Counted from the first letter of the stretch, positions 1-14,454 are shown. The stretch: DNA of 64,000 nucleotides from Macrostomum hystrix (GCA_950097015.1 CATNEN010000001.1:25110001-25174000); one strand, 5' to 3'. The notes: generated by a model from the sequence alone, not told the origin. Numbers and translations are program-made.

Positions 1-3000
1 TGGAGGGGGAGATAAGGAGAGAGTTGGAGGGGGAGATAAGGAGAGATTTTGAGGGGGGATAAGGAGAGTTGGAGGGGGAGATAAGGAAAGAGTTGGAGGG
101 GGAGATAAGGAGAGAGTTGGAGGGGGAGATAAGGAGAGAGTTGGAGGGGGAGATAAGGAGAGATTTCGAGGGGGGATAAGGAGAAAGTGGGAGAGGGAGA
201 TAAGGAGAGAGTTGGAGAGAGAGATAAGGAGAGATTTTGAGGGGGAGATAAGGAGAGAGTTGGAGGGGGAGATAAGGAGAGAGTTGGAGGGGGAGATAAG
301 GAGAGAGTTGGAGGGGGAGATAAGGAGAGAGTTGGAGAGAGAGATAAGGAGAGATTTTGAGGGGGGATAAGGAGAGAGTGGGAGAGGGAGATAAGGAGAG
401 AGTTGGAGAGAGACATAAGGAGAGAGTTGGAGGGGGAGATAAGGAGAGTTGGAGGGGGAGATAAGGAGAGAGTTGGAGGGGGAGATAAGGAGAGAGTTGG
501 AGGGGGAGATAAGGAGAGAGTTGGAGGGGGAGATAAGGAGAGAGTTGGAGGGGGAGATAAGGAGAGAGTTGGAGGGGGAGATAAGGAGAGAGTTGGAGGG
601 GGAGATAAGGAGAGATTTCGAGGGGGGATAAGGAGAGAGTGGGAGAGGGAGATAAGGAGAGAGTTGGAGAGAGAGATAAGGAGAGAGTTGGAGGGGGAGA
701 TAAGGAGAGAGTTGGAGGGGGAGATAAGGAGAGAGTTGGAGGGGGAGATAAGGAGAGAGTTGGAGGGGGAGATAAGGAGAGAGTTGGAGGGGGAGATAAG
801 GAGAGAGTTGGAGGGGGGATAAGGAGAGTTGGAGGGGGAGATAAGGAAAGAGTTGGAGGGGGAGATAAGGAGAGAGTTGGAGGGGGAGATAAGGAGAGAG
901 TTGGAGGGGGAGATAAGGAGAGATTTCGAGGGGGGATAAGGAGAGAGTGGGAGAGGGAGATAAGGAGAGAGTTGGAGAGAGAGATAAGGAGAGATTTTGA
1001 GGGGGAGATAAGGAGAGAGTTGGAGGGGGAGATAAGGAGAGAGTTGGAGGGGGAGATAAGGAGAGAGTTGGAGGGGGAGATAAGGAGAGAGTTGGAGAGG
1101 GAGATAAGGAGAGATTTTGAGGGGGGATAAGGAGAGAGTGGGAGAGGGAGATAAGGAGAGAGTTGGAGAGAGACATAAGGAGAGAGTTGGAGGGGGAGAT
1201 AAGGAGAGTTGGAGGGGGAGATAAGGAGAGATTTCGAGGGGGGATAAGGAGAGAGTGGGAGAGGGAGATAAGGAGAGAGTTGGAGAGAGAGATAAGGAGA
1301 GATTTTGAGGGGGGATAAGGAGAGAGTGGGAGAGGGAGATAAGGAGAGAGTTGGAGAGAGACATAAGGAGAGAGTTGGAGGGGGAGATAAGGAGAGTTGG
1401 AGGGGGAGATAAGGAGAGATTTCGAGGGGGATAAGGAGAGAGTGGGAGAGGGAGATAAGGAGAGAGTTGGAGAGAGAGATAAGGAGAGATTTTGAGGGGG
1501 AGATAAGGAGAGAGTTGGAGGGGGAGATAAGGAGAGAGTTGGAGGGGGAGATAAGGAGAGAGTTGGAGGGGGAGATAAGGAGAGATTTCGAGGGGGGATA
1601 AGGAGAGAGTGGGAGAGGGAGATAAGGAGAGAGTTGGAGAGAGAGATAAGGAGAGAGTTGGAGGGGGAGATAAGGAGAGAGTTGGAGGGGGAGATAAGGA
1701 GAGAGTTGGAGGGGGAGATAAGGAGAGAGTTGGAGGGGGAGATAAGGAGAGAGTTGGAGGGGGAGATAAGGAGAGAGTTGGAGAGAGATATAAGGAGAGA
1801 TTTTGAGGGGGGATAAGGAGAGAGTTGGAGGGGGAGATAAGGAGAGAGTTGGAGGGGGAGATAAGGAGAGATTTTGAGGGGGGATAAGGAGAGTTGGAGG
1901 GGGAGATAAGGAAAGAGTTGGAGGGGGAGATAAGGAGAGAGTTGGAGGGGGAAATAAGGAGAGAGTTGGAGGGGGAGATAAGGAGAGAGTTGGAGGGGGA
2001 GATAAGGAGAGAGTTGGAGGGGGAGATAAGGAGAGAGTTGGAGGGGGAGATAAGGAGAGAGTTGGAGGGGGAGATAAGGAGAGATTTTGAGGGGGGATAA
2101 GGAGAGTTGGAGGGGGAGATAAGGAAAGAGTTGGAGGGGGAGATAAGGAGAGAGTTGGAGGGGGAGATAAGGAGAGAGTTGGAGGGGGAGATAAGGAGAG
2201 ATTTTGAGGGGGGATAAGGAGAGTTGGAGGGGGAGATAAGGAGAGTTGGAGGGGGAGATAAGGAGAGAGTTGGAGGGGGAGATAAGGAGAGAGTTGGAGG
2301 GGGAGATAAGGAGAGAGTTGGAGGGGGAGATAAGGAGAGAGTTGGAGGGGGAGATAAGGAGAGAGTTGGAGAGAGAGATAAGGAGAGATTTTGAGGGGGG
2401 ATAAGGAGAGAGTGGGAGAGGGAGATAAGGAGAGAGTTGGAGAGAGACATAAGGAGAGAGTTGGAGGGGGAGATAAGGAGAGTTGGAGGGGGAGATAAGG
2501 AGAGAGTTGGAGGGGGAGATAAGGAGAGAGTTGGAGGCGGAGATAAGGAGAGAGTTGGAGGGGGAGATAAGGAGAGAGTTGGAGGGGGAGATCAGGAGAG
2601 AGTTGGAGGGGGAGATAAGGAGAGAGTTGGAGGGGGAGATAAGGAGAGAGTTGGAGGGGGAGATAAGGAGAGATTTTGAGGGGGGATAAGGAGAGTTGGA
2701 GGGGGAGATAAGGAAAGAGTTGGAGGGGGAGATAAGGAGAGAGTTGGAGGGGGAGATAAGGAGAGAGTTGGAGGGGGAGATAAGGAGAGAGTTGGAGGGG
2801 GAGATAAGGAGAGATTTCGAGGGGGGATAAGGAGAGAGTGGGAGAGGGAGATAAGGAGAGAGTTGGAGAGAGAGATAAGGAGAGATTTTGAGGGGGATAA
2901 GGAGAGTTGGAGGGGGAGATAAGGAGAGAGTTGGAGGGGGAGATAAGGAGAGAGTTGGAGGGGGAGATAAGGAGAGAGTTGGAGGGGGAGATAAGGAGAG

Positions 3001-6000
3001 ATTTTGAGGGGGGATAAGGAGAGTTGGAGGGGGAGATAAGGAGAGTTGGAGGGGGAGATAAGGAGAGAGTTGGAGGGGGAGATAAGGAGAGAGTTGGAGG
3101 GGGAGATAAGGAGAGATTTTGAGGGGGGATAAGGAGAGTTGGAGGGGGAGATAAGGAGAGTTGGAGGGGGAGATAAGGAGAGAGTTTGAGGGGGAGATAA
3201 GGAGAGATTTTGAGGGGGATAAGGAGAGTTGGAGGGGGAGATAAGGAGAGAGTTGGAGGGGGAGATAAGGAGAGAGTTTGAGGGGGAGATAAGGAGAGAG
3301 TTGGAGGGGGAGATAAGGAGAGAGTTGGAGGGGGAGATAAGGAGAGAGTTGGAGAGAGAGATAAGGAGAGATTTTGAGGGGGATAAGGAGAGTTGGAGGG
3401 GGAGATAAGGAGAGATTTTGAGGGGGGATAAGGAGAGTTGGAGGGGGAGATAAGGAGACTTGGAGGGGGAGATAAGGAGAGATTTTGAGGGGGATAAGGA
3501 GAGTTGGATGGGGAGATAAGGAGAGAGTTGGAGGGGGAGATAAGGAGAGTTGGAGGGGGAGATAAGGAGAGATTTTGAGGGGGGATAAGGAGAGTTGGAG
3601 GGGGAGATAAGGAGAGTTGGAGGGGGAGATAAGGAGAGAGTTGGAGGGGGAGACAAGGAGAGAGTTGGAGGGGGAGATAAGGAGAGATTTTGAGGGGGGA
3701 TAAGGAGAGTTGGAGGGGGAGATAAGGAGATTTGGAGGGGGAGATAAGGAGAGAGTTTGAGGGGGAGATAAGGAGAGATTTTGAGGGGGATAAGGAGAGT
3801 TGGAGGGGGAGATAAGGAGAGAGTTGGAGGGGGAGATAAGGAGAGAGTTTGAGGGGGAGATAAGGAGAGAGTTGGAGGGGGAGATAAGGAGAGAGTTGGA
3901 GGGGGAGATAAGGAGAGAGTTGGAGAGAGAGATAAGGAGAGATTTTGAGGGGGATAAGGAGAGTTGGAGGGGGAGATAAGGAGAGAGTTAGAGGGGGAGA
4001 TAAGGAGAGAGTTGGAGGGGGAGATAAGGAGAGAGTTGGAGGGGGAGATAAGGAGAGAGTTTGAGGGGGAGATAAGGAGAGATTTTGAGGGGGGATAAGG
4101 AGAGTTGGAGGGGGAGATAAGGAGAGTTAGAGGGGGAGATAAGGAGAGTTGGAGGGGGAGATAAGGAGAGAGTTTGAGGGGGAGATAAGGAGAGATTTTG
4201 AGGGGGATAAGGAGAGTTGGAGGGGGAGATAAGGAGAGAGTTGGAGGGGGAGATAAGGAGAGAGTTTGAGGGGGAGATAAGGAGAGAGTTGGAGGGGGAG
4301 ATAAGGAGAGAGTTGGAGGGGGAGATAAGGAGAGAGTTGGAGGGGGAGATAAGGAGAGAGTTGGAGGGGGAGATAAGGAGAGAGTTGGAGGGGGAGATAA
4401 GGAGAGAGTGGGAGAGGGAGATAAGGAGAGATTTTGAGGGAGGATAAGGAGAGAGTTGGAGGGGGAGATAAGGAGAGATTTTGAGGGGGATAAGGAGAGT
4501 TGGAGGGGGAGATAAGGAGAGAGTTGGAGGGGGAGATAAGGAGAGAGTTGGAGGGGGAGATAAGGAGAGAGTTGGAGGGGGAGATAAGGAGAGATTTTGA
4601 GGGGGATAAGGAGAGTTGGAGGGGGAGATAAGGAGAGAGTTGGAGGGGGAGATAAGGAGAGAGTCGGAGGGGGAGATAAGGAGAGAGTTGGAGGGGGAGA
4701 TAAGGAGAGAGTTTGAGGGGGAGATAAGGAGAGATTTTGAGGGGGGATAAGGAGAGTTGGAGGGGGAGATAAGGAGAGTTAGAGGGGGAGATAAGGAGAG
4801 TTGGAGGGGGAGATAAGGAGAGAGTTTGAGGGGGAGATAAGGAGAGATTTTGAGGGGGATAAGGAGAGTTGGAGGGGGAGATAAGGAGAGAGTTGGAGGG
4901 GAGATAAGGAGAGAGTTTGAGGGGGAGATAAGGAGAGAGTTGGAGGGGGAGATAAGGAGAGAGTTGGAGGGGGAGATAAGGAGAGAGTTGGAGGGGGAGA
5001 TAAGGAGAGAGTTGGAGGGGGAGATAAGGAGAGAGTTGGAGGGGGAGATAAGGAGAGAGTGGGAGAGGGAGATAAGGAGAGATTTTGAGGGAGGATAAGG
5101 AGAGAGTTGGAGGGGGAGATAAGGAGAGATTTTGAGGGGGATAAGGAGAGTTGGAGGGGGAGATAAGGAGAGAGTTGGAGGGGGAGATAAGGAGAGAGTT
5201 TGAGGGGGAGATAAGGAGAGAGTCGGAGGGGGAGATAAGGAGAGAGTTGGAGGGGGAGATAAGGAGAGAGTTGGAGGGGGAGATAAGGAGAGAGTTGGAG
5301 GGGGAGATAAGGAGAGAGTTGGAGGGGGAGATAAGGAGAGATTTTGAGGGAGGATAAGGAGAGAGTTGGAGAGAGAGATAAGGAGAGATTTTGAGGGGGG
5401 ATAAGGAGAGAGTGGGAGAGGGAGATAAGGAGAGAGTTGGAGAGAGACATAAGGAGAGAGTTGGAGGGGGAGATAAGGAGAGTTGGAGGGGGAGATAAGG
5501 AGAGAGTTGGAGGGGGAGATAAGGAGAGAGTTGGAGGGGGAGATAAGGAGAGAGTTGGAAGGGGAGATAAGGAGAGAGTTGGAGGGGGAGATAAGGAGAG
5601 AGTTGGAGGGGGAGATAAGGAGAGAGTTGGAGGGGGAGATAAGGAGAGAGTTGGAGGGGGAGATAAGGAGAGATTTTGAGGGGGGATAAGGAGAGTTGGA
5701 GGGGGAGATAAGGAAAGAGTTGGAGGGGGAGATAAGGAGAGAGTTGGAGGGGGAGATAAGGAGAGAGTTGGAGGGGGAGATAAGGAGAGAGTTGGAGGGG
5801 GAGATAAGGAGAGATTTCGAGGGGGGATAAGGAGAGAGTGGGAGAGGGAGATAAGGAGAGAGTTGGAGAGAGAGATAAGGAGAGATTTTGAGGGGGATAA
5901 GGAGAGTTGGAGGGGGAGATAAGGAGAGAGTTGGAGGGGGAGATAAGGAGAGAGTTGGAGGGGGAGATAAGGAGAGATTTTGAGGGGGGATAAGGAGAGT

Positions 6001-9000
6001 TGGAGGGGGAGATAAGGAGAGTTGGAGGGGGAGATAAGGAGAGAGTTGGAGGGGGAGATAAGGAGAGAGTTGGAGGGGGAGACAAGGAGAGAGTTGGAGG
6101 GGGAGATAAGGAGAGATTTTGAGGGGGGATAAGGAGAGTTGGAGGGGGAGATAAGGAGACTTGGAGGGGGAGATAAGGAGAGAGTTTGAGGGGGAGATAA
6201 GGAGAGATTTTGAGGGGGATAAGGAGAGTTGGAGGGGGAGATAAGGAGAGAGTTGGAGGGGGAGATAAGGAGAGAGTTTGAGGGGGAGATAAGGAGAGAG
6301 TTGGAGGGGGAGATAAGGAGAGAGTTGGAGGGGGAGATAAGGAGAGAGTTGGAGAGAGAGATAAGGAGAGATTTTGAGGGGGATAAGGAGAGTTGGAGGG
6401 GGAGATAAGGAGAGAGTTAGAGGGGGAGATAAGGAGAGAGTTGGAGGGGGAGATAAGGAGAGAGTTGGAGGGGGAGATAAGGAGAGAGTTTGAGGGGGAG
6501 ATAAGGAGAGATTTTGAGGGGGGATAAGGAGAGTTGGAGGGGGAGATAAGGAGAGTTGGAGGGGGAGATAAGGAGAGTTGGAGGGGGAGATAAGGAGAGA
6601 GTTTGAGGGGGAGATAAGGAGAGATTTTGAGGGGGATAAGGAGAGTTGGAGGGGGAGATAAGGAGAGAGTTGGAGGGGGAGATAAGGAGAGAGTTTGAGG
6701 GGGAGATAAGGAGAGAGTTGGAGGGGGAGATAAGGAGAGAGTTGGAGGGGGAGATAAGGAGAGAGTTTGAGGGGGAGATAAGGAGAGAGTTGGAGGGGGA
6801 GATAAGGAGAGAGTTGGAGGGGGAGATAAGGAGAGAGTGGGAGAGGGAGATAAGGAGAGATTTTGAGGGAGGATAAGGAGAGAGTTGGAGGGGGAGATAA
6901 GGAGAGATTTTGAGGGGGATAAGGAGAGTTGGAGGGGGAGATAAGGAGAGAGTTGGAGGGGGAGATAAGGAGAGAGTTTGAGGGGGAGATAAGGGGAGAG
7001 TTGGAGGGGGAGATAAGGAGAGAGTTGGAGGGGGAGATAAGGAGAGAGTTGGAGGGGGAGATAAGGAGAGAGTTGGAGGGGGAGATAAGGAGAGAGTTGG
7101 AGGGGGAGATAAGGAGAGAGTTGGAGGGGGAGATAAGGAGAGATTTTGAGGGGGATAAGGAGAGTTGGAGGGGGAGATAAGGAGAGAGTTGGAGGGGGAG
7201 ATAAGGAGAGAGTTGGAGGGGGAGATAAGGAGAGAGTGGGAGAGGGAGATAAGGAGAGATTTTGAGGGAGGATAAGGAGAGAGTTGGAGGGGGAGATAAG
7301 GAGAGATTTTGAGGGGGATAAGGAGAGTTGGAGGGGGAGATAAGGAGAGAGTTGGAGGGGGAGATAAGGAGAGAGTTTGAGGGGGAGATAAGGAGAGAGT
7401 TGGAGGGGGAGATAAGGAGAGAGTTGGAGGGGGAGATAAGGAGAGAGTTGGAGGGGGAGATAAGGAGAGAGTTGGAGGGGGAGATAAGGAGAGAGTTGGA
7501 GGGGGAGATAAGGAGAGAGTTGGAGGGGGAGATAAGGAGAGAGTGGGAGAGGGAGATAAGGAGAGATTTTGAGGGAGGATAAGGAGAGAGTTGGAGGGGG
7601 AGATAAGGAGAGATTTTGAGGGGGATAAGGAGAGTTGGAGGGGGAGATAAGGAGAGAGTTGGAGGGGGAGATAAGGAGAGAGTTTGAGGGGGAGATAAGG
7701 AGAGAGTTGGAGGGGGAGATAAGGAGAGAGTTGGAGGGGGAGATAAGGAGAGAGTTGGAGGGGGAGATAAGGAGAGAGTTGGAGGGGGAGATAAGGAGAG
7801 AGTTGGAGGGGGAGATAAGGAGAGAGTGGGAGAGGGAGATAAGGAGAGATTTTGAGGGAGGATAAGGAGAGAGTTGGAGGGGGAGATAAGGAGAGATTTT
7901 GAGGGGGATAAGGAGAGTTGGAGGGGGAGATAAGGAGAGAGTTGGAGGGGGAGATAAGGAGAGAGTTGGAGGGGGAGATAAGGAGAGAGTTGGAGGGGGA
8001 GATAAGGAGAGAGTTGGAGGGGGAGATAAGGAGAGAGTGGGAGAGGGAGATAAGGAGAGATTTTGAGGGAGGATAAGGAGAGAGTTGGAGGGGGAGATAA
8101 GGAGAGATTTTGAGGGGGATAAGGAGAGTTGGAGGGGGAGATAAGGAGAGAGTTGGAGGGGGAGATAAGGAGAGAGTTGGAGGGGGAGATAAGGAGAGAG
8201 TTGGAGGGGGAGATAAGGAGAGAGTTGGAGGGGGAGATAAGGAGAGAGTTGGAGGGGGAGATAAGGAGAGAGTGGGAGAGGGAGATAAGGAGAGATTTTG
8301 AGGGAGGATAAGGAGAGAGTTGGAGGGGGAGATAAGGAGAGATTTTGAGGGGGATAAGGAGAGTTGGAGGGGGAGATAAGGAGAGAGTTGGAGGGGGAGA
8401 TAAGGAGAGAGTTTGAGGGGGAGATAAGGAGAGAGTTGGAGGGGGAGATAAGGAGAGAGTTGGAGGGGGAGATAAGGAGAGAGTTGGAGGGGGAGATAAG
8501 GAGAGAGTTGGAGGGGGAGATAAGGAGAGAGTTGGAGGGGGAGATAAGGAGAGATTTTGAGGGAGGATAAGGAGAGAGTGGGAGAGGGAGATAAGGAGAG
8601 AGTTGGAGAGAGACATAAGGAGAGAGTTGGAGGGGGAGATAAGGAGAGTTGGAGGGGGAGATAAGGAGAGAGTTGGAGGGGGAGATAAGGAGAGAGTTGG
8701 AGGGGGAGATAAGGAGAGAGTTGGAAGGGGAGATAAGGAGAGAGTTGGAGAGAGAGATAAGGAGAGATTTTGAGGGGGGATAAGGAGAGAGTGGGAGAGG
8801 GAGATAAGGAGAGAGTTGGAGAGAGACATAAGGAGAGAGTTGGAGGGGGAGATAAGGAGAGTTGGAGGGGGAGATAAGGAGAGAGTTGGAGGGGGAGATA
8901 AGGAGAGAGTTGGAGGGGGAGATAAGGAGAGAGTTGGAAGGGGAGATAAGGAGAGAGTTGGAGGGGGAGATAAGGAGAGAGTTGGAGGGGGAGATAAGGA

Positions 9001-11713
9001 GAGAGTTGGAGGGGGAGATAAGGAGAGAGTTGGAGGGGGAGATAAGGAGAGATTTTGAGGGGGGATAAGGAGAGTTGGAGGGGGAGATAAGGAAAGAGTT
9101 GGAGGGGGAGATAAGGAGAGAGTTGGAGGGGGAGATAAGGAGAGAGTTGGAGGGGGAGATAAGGAGAGAGTTGGAGGGGGAGATAAGGAGAGATTTCGAG
9201 GGGGGATAAGGAGAGAGTGGGAGAGGGAGATAAGGAGAGAGTTGGAGAGAGAGATAAGGAGAGATTTTGAGGGGGATAAGGAGAGTTGGAGGGGGAGATA
9301 AGGAGAGAGTTGGAGGGGGAGATAAGGAGAGAGTTGGAGGGGGAGATAAGGAGAGATTTTGAGGGGGGATAAGGAGAGTTGGAGGGGGAGATAAGGAGAG
9401 TTGGAGGGGGAGATAAGGAGAGAGTTGGAGGGGGAGATAAGGAGAGAGTTGGAGGGGGAGACAAGGAGAGAGTTGGAGGGGGAGTTAAGGAGAGATTTTG
9501 AGGGGGGATAAGGAGAGTTGGAGGGGGAGATAAGGAGACTTGGAGGGGGAGATAAGGAGAGAGTTTGAGGGGGAGATAAGGAGAGATTTTGAGGGGGATA
9601 AGGAGAGTTGGAGGGGGAGATAAGGAGAGAGTTGGAGGGGGAGATAAGGAGAGAGTTTGAGGGGGAGATAAGGAGAGAGTTGGAGGGGGAGATAAGGAGA
9701 GAGTTGGAGGGGGAGATAAGGAGAGAGTTGGAGAGAGAGATAAGGAGAGATTTTGAGGGGGATAAGGAGAGTTGGAGGGGGAGATAAGGAGAGATTTTGA
9801 GGGGGATAAGGAGAGTTGGAGGGGGAGATAAGGAGAGAGTTAGAGGGGGAGATAAGGAGAGAGTTGGAGGGGGAGATAAGGAGAGAGTTGGAGGGGGAGA
9901 TAAGGAGAGAGTTTGAGGGGGAGATAAGGAGAGATTTTGAGGGGGGATAAGGAGAGTTGGAGGGGGAGATAAGGAGAGTTGGAGGGGGAGATAAGGAGAG
10001 TTGGAGGGGGAGATAAGGAGAGAGTTTGAGGGGGAGATAAGGAGAGATTTTGAGGGGGATAAGGAGAGTTGGAGGGGGAGATAAGGAGAGAGTTGGAGGG
10101 GGAGATAAGGAGAGAGTTTGAGGGGGAGATAAGGAGAGAGTTGGAGGGGGAGATAAGGAGAGAGTTGGAGGGGGAGATAAGGAGAGAGTTGGAGGGGGAG
10201 ATAAGGAGAGAGTTGGAGGGGGAGATAAGGAGAGAGTTGGAGGGGGAGATAAGGAGAGAGTGGGAGAGGGAGATAAGGAGAGATTTTGAGGGAGGATAAG
10301 GAGAGAGTTGGAGGGGGAGATAAGGAGAGATTTTGAGGGGGATAAGGAGAGTTGGAGGGGGAGATAAGGAGAGAGTTGGAGGGGGAGATAAGGAGAGAGT
10401 TTGAGGGGGAGATAAGGAGAGAGTTGGAGGGGGAGATAAGGAGAGAGTTGGAGGGGGAGATAAGGAGAGAGTTGGAGGGGGAGATAAGGAGAGAGTTGGA
10501 GGGGGAGATAAGGAGAGAGTTGGAGGGGGAGATAAGGAGAGAGTTGGAGGGGGAGATAAGGAGAGATTTTGAGGGGGATAAGGAGAGTTGGAGGGGGAGA
10601 TAAGGAGAGAGTTGGAGGGGGAGATAAGGAGAGAGTTGGAGGGGGAGATAAGGAGAGAGTGGGAGAGGGAGATAAGGAGAGATTTTGAGGGAGGATAAGG
10701 AGAGAGTTGGAGGGGGAGATAAGGAGAGATTTTGAGGGGGATAAGGAGAGTTGGAGGGGGAGATAAGGAGAGAGTTGGAGGGGGAGATAAGGAGAGAGTT
10801 TGAGGGGGAGATAAGGAGAGAGTTGGAGGGGGAGATAAGGAGAGAGTTGGAGGGGGAGATAAGGAGAGAGTTGGAGGGGGAGATAAGGAGAGAGTTGGAG
10901 GGGGAGATAAGGAGAGAGTTGGAGGGGGAGATAAGGAGAGAGTTGGAGGGGGAGATAAGGAGAGAGTGGGAGAGGGAGATAAGGAGAGATTTTGAGGGAG
11001 GATAAGGAGAGAGTTGGAGGGGGAGATAAGGAGAGATTTTGAGGGGGATAAGGAGAGTTGGAGGGGGAGATAAGGAGAGAGTTGGAGGGGGAGATAAGGA
11101 GAGAGTTTGAGGGGGAGATAAGGAGAGAGTTGGAGGGGGAGATAAGGAGAGAGTTGGAGGGGGAGATAAGGAGAGAGTTGGAGGGGGAGATAAGGAGAGA
11201 GTTGGAGGGGGAGATAAGGAGAGAGTTGGAGGGGGAGATAAGGAGAGAGTTGGAGGGAGGATAAGGAGAGAGTTGGAGGGGGAGATAAGGAGAGATTTTG
11301 AGGGGGATAAGGAGAGTTGGAGGGGGAGATAAGGAGAGAGTTGGAGGGGGAGATAAGGAGAGAGTTGGAGGGGGAGATAAGGAGAGAGTTGGAGGGGGAG
11401 ATAAGGAGAGAGTTGGAGGGGGAGATAAGGAGAGAGTGGGAGAGGGAGATAAGGAGAGATTTTGAGGGAGGATAAGGAGAGAGTTGGAGGGGGAGATAAG
11501 GAGAGATTTTGAGGGGGATAAGGAGAGTTGGAGGGGGAGATAAGGAGAGAGTTGGAGGGGGAGATAAGGAGAGAGTTTGAGGGGGAGATAAGGAGAGAGT
11601 TGGAGGGGGAGATAAGGAGAGAGTTGGAGGGGGAGATAAGGAGAGAGTTGGAGGGGGAGATAAGGAGAGAGTTGGAGGGGGAGATAAGGAGAGAGTTGGA
11701 GGGGGGAGATAAG
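1..11713. repeat. Purine-rich 24-bp tandem satellite (GGAGAGAGTTGGAGGGGGAGATAA)n with higher-order structure; runs off the left edge
   Basis: Continuous array of 21-24 bp units, + strand almost C-free. The ORFs here (EGEIRREL, LSPPPT etc.) are translations of the unit. Confidence 0.97.
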
Positions 11714-12116
11714 CAGAGAGTGGGGAGATGAGAGAGGGAGTTGGGAAGTTAGAGGTATCAAGGTACCACGGAGGATGACGAAGATAAGAAAAAAGCCGAG
11801 CCAATATTATCCCCAATGATGAGATGGTAAAATGGGTGTGTAAATAGATAATGGGGAGATTAAAAGAAACGGGAGCGGAAAGCATGGGAACAGCAAAACA
11901 CAGGCCGGTTGGCTCACACAGCTGGGAGACAAGCCCGGGTTCAGCATCAAGGCAGCTCGCAACGGCACCGATTTCTACTATCGATCGATAGATCAAATTT
12001 GCTTTTTAGCCAGCTCTGAGGGCAGCAGAAATTGCTGCTCACAGAAACAGAATCTAAATTAGGTTGAACTTCAAAGAAAATCCCGCTATTAATAGACGCT
12101 ATTATGTAACTCACGA

Positions 12117-12147
<31 letters not shown>

Positions 12148-12150
12148 GGC

Positions 12151-12231
<81 letters not shown>

Positions 12232-12238
12232 GGCAGAT

Positions 12239-12276
<38 letters not shown>

Positions 12277-12282
12277 GCAGAC

Positions 12283-12319
<37 letters not shown>

Positions 12320-12349
12320 GGCAGACAGACAGGCAGACAGGCAGACAGG

Positions 12350-12387
<38 letters not shown>

Positions 12388-12434
12388 GGCAGACAGACAG
12401 GCAGACAGACAGACAGACAGGCAGACAGACAGGC

Positions 12435-12475
<41 letters not shown>

Positions 12476-12618
12476 GGCAGACAGACAGGCAGACAGACAG
12501 ACAGACAGGCAGACAGATAGACAGACAGACAGACAGACAGGCAGACAGACAGACAGACAGACAGACAGGCAGACAGATAGACAGACAGACAGACAGACAG
12601 ACAGGCAGACAGACAGGC

Positions 12619-12651
<33 letters not shown>

Positions 12652-12738
12652 GGCAGACAGACAGACAGACAGGCAGACAGATAGACAGACAGACAGACAG
12701 ACAGGCAGACAGACAGACAGACAGACAGACAGACAGGC

Positions 12739-12771
<33 letters not shown>

Positions 12772-12786
12772 GGCAGACAGACAGGC

Positions 12787-12819
<33 letters not shown>

Positions 12820-12840
12820 GGCAGACAGACAGACAGACAG
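12117..12840. repeat. (GACA)n / (GGCA) tetranucleotide microsatellite
   Basis: About 720 bp of CAGA units with GGCA/GATA variants. Confidence 0.97.
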
Positions 12841-13260
12841 TCACTGCTGTCGGGTGAGGACATAATTAAAAATCCGTGCTCTGATTCAATAAAGAAACAA
12901 AGATCAGAAAATCAGATTGACTTTGATCTTCCCTTCCGCAAAAAGCCCCCCCCAATCGGGGATCAAGATGATGAGCTCTAAGGATGAGACGGTGGGAAAT
13001 AAAGGACATGGAAGAAATCGAAGTAAATCTTTGGCCTAGCTCTGGGGCAGTATTTCTGTAGTAAGTTCGCAGCAATTTACGAGTGTAGAATCGGTGCAGC
13101 AATTATTTGGCAGGACTCGATGGAAGACCTGATCAATGCGTGATCTGAGCCAATTATGATTTCGGCAAAAAGTACTCCAGATTGGAGAATGCTTCCAGGC
13201 TTATCTCAATTTGGCCAGTAAGATTGGTTTATTTGAGAGTGAGTGAAAATCAAAGTGCAT

Positions 13261-14085
13261 AAATGACCGATGAGGGTAGGTGGGTCATGACCGACTGAAT
13301 GACCGATGAGGGTAGTTGGGTCATGACCGACTGAATGACCGATGAGGGTAGGTGGGTCATGACCGACTGAATGACCGATGAGGGTAGTTGGGTCATGACC
13401 GACTGAATGACCGATGAGGGTAGGTGGGTCATGACCGACTGAATGACCGATGAGGGTAGTTGGGTCATGACCGACTGAATGACCGATGAGGTTTAGTGGG
13501 TCATGCCCGACTGAATGACCGATGAGGTTTAGTGGGTCATGCCCGACTGAATGACCGATGAGGTTTTGTGGGTCATGCCCGACTGAATGACCGATGAGGT
13601 TTTGTGGGTCATGCCCGACTGAATGACCGATGAGGGTAGGTGGGTCATGCCCGACTGAATGACCAATGAGGTTTAGTGGGTCATGCCCGACTGAATGACC
13701 GATGAGGTTTAGTGGGTCATGCCCGACTGAATGACCGATGAGGTTTAGTGGGTCATGCCCGACTGAATGACCGATGAGGTTTAGTGGGTCATGCCCGACT
13801 GAATGACCGATGAGGTTTTGTGGGTCATGCCCGACTGAATGACCGATGAGGTTTAGTGGGTCATGCCCGACTGAATGACCGATGAGGTTTTGTGGGTCAT
13901 GCCCGACTGAATGACCGATGAGGTTTAGTGGGTCATGCCCGACTGAATGACCGATGAGGTTTAGTGGGTCATGCCCGACTGAATGACCGATGAGGTTTAG
14001 TGGGTCATGCCCGACTGAATGACCGATGAGGGTAGTTTGGTCATGACCGATGAGGGTTGGTGGGTCATGACGAGCTAAATGACCG
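13261..14085. repeat. 36-bp minisatellite (GAATGACCGATGAGGTTTAGTGGGTCATGCCCGACT)n
   Basis: About 22 copies; each unit holds an ATGACC/GGTCAT inverted pair. Confidence 0.95.
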
Positions 14086-14454
14086 GATTAATGCGGAGGT
14101 TTCGCATCTAGTCACAGAATAATAAAAAGACTGAATGAAAACTTGCTGAAGTACAATTACATAGGCAAATTCGCAAAATTACAATCTGAACTAGTCATCC
14201 GCAATGGCTATATTTGTAGAGGCTGAATATGGCAAATAAATACACGCAATATAGCAATGATGTACTGATGAGGCACATCTCACATGTAGTTTATTGGGTA
14301 GGTTGGATTGTATGAAATTTCGGCATTTCTTGGAAATTCAAGAAACCAACAAAACAATTAAATGTTTCAACTTTGTGTTCTAGATTAACAAAAATACAAA
14401 TGACGTCAACATTTTAGTCTTGCGACAATAAATAAACGATCAATACGTTAGAAA

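Noticed and set aside
403-11996. Long ORFs up to 1613 aa (EGEIRREL coiled-coil-like; LSPPPT extensin-like)
   Set aside because: Translations of a 24-bp satellite; frames shift constantly with 21-23 bp unit variants and the starts are mostly non-ATG.
11947-12863. VCLS/ACLP Cys-rich ORFs (also 22536-22850, 26031-27030, 30721-31565, 24466-25011)
   Set aside because: Translations of micro- and minisatellites.
12950-13230. Minus-strand IGSDHALI resembling a LINE endonuclease SDH motif
   Set aside because: A single short motif in a broken frame; too weak without a search.
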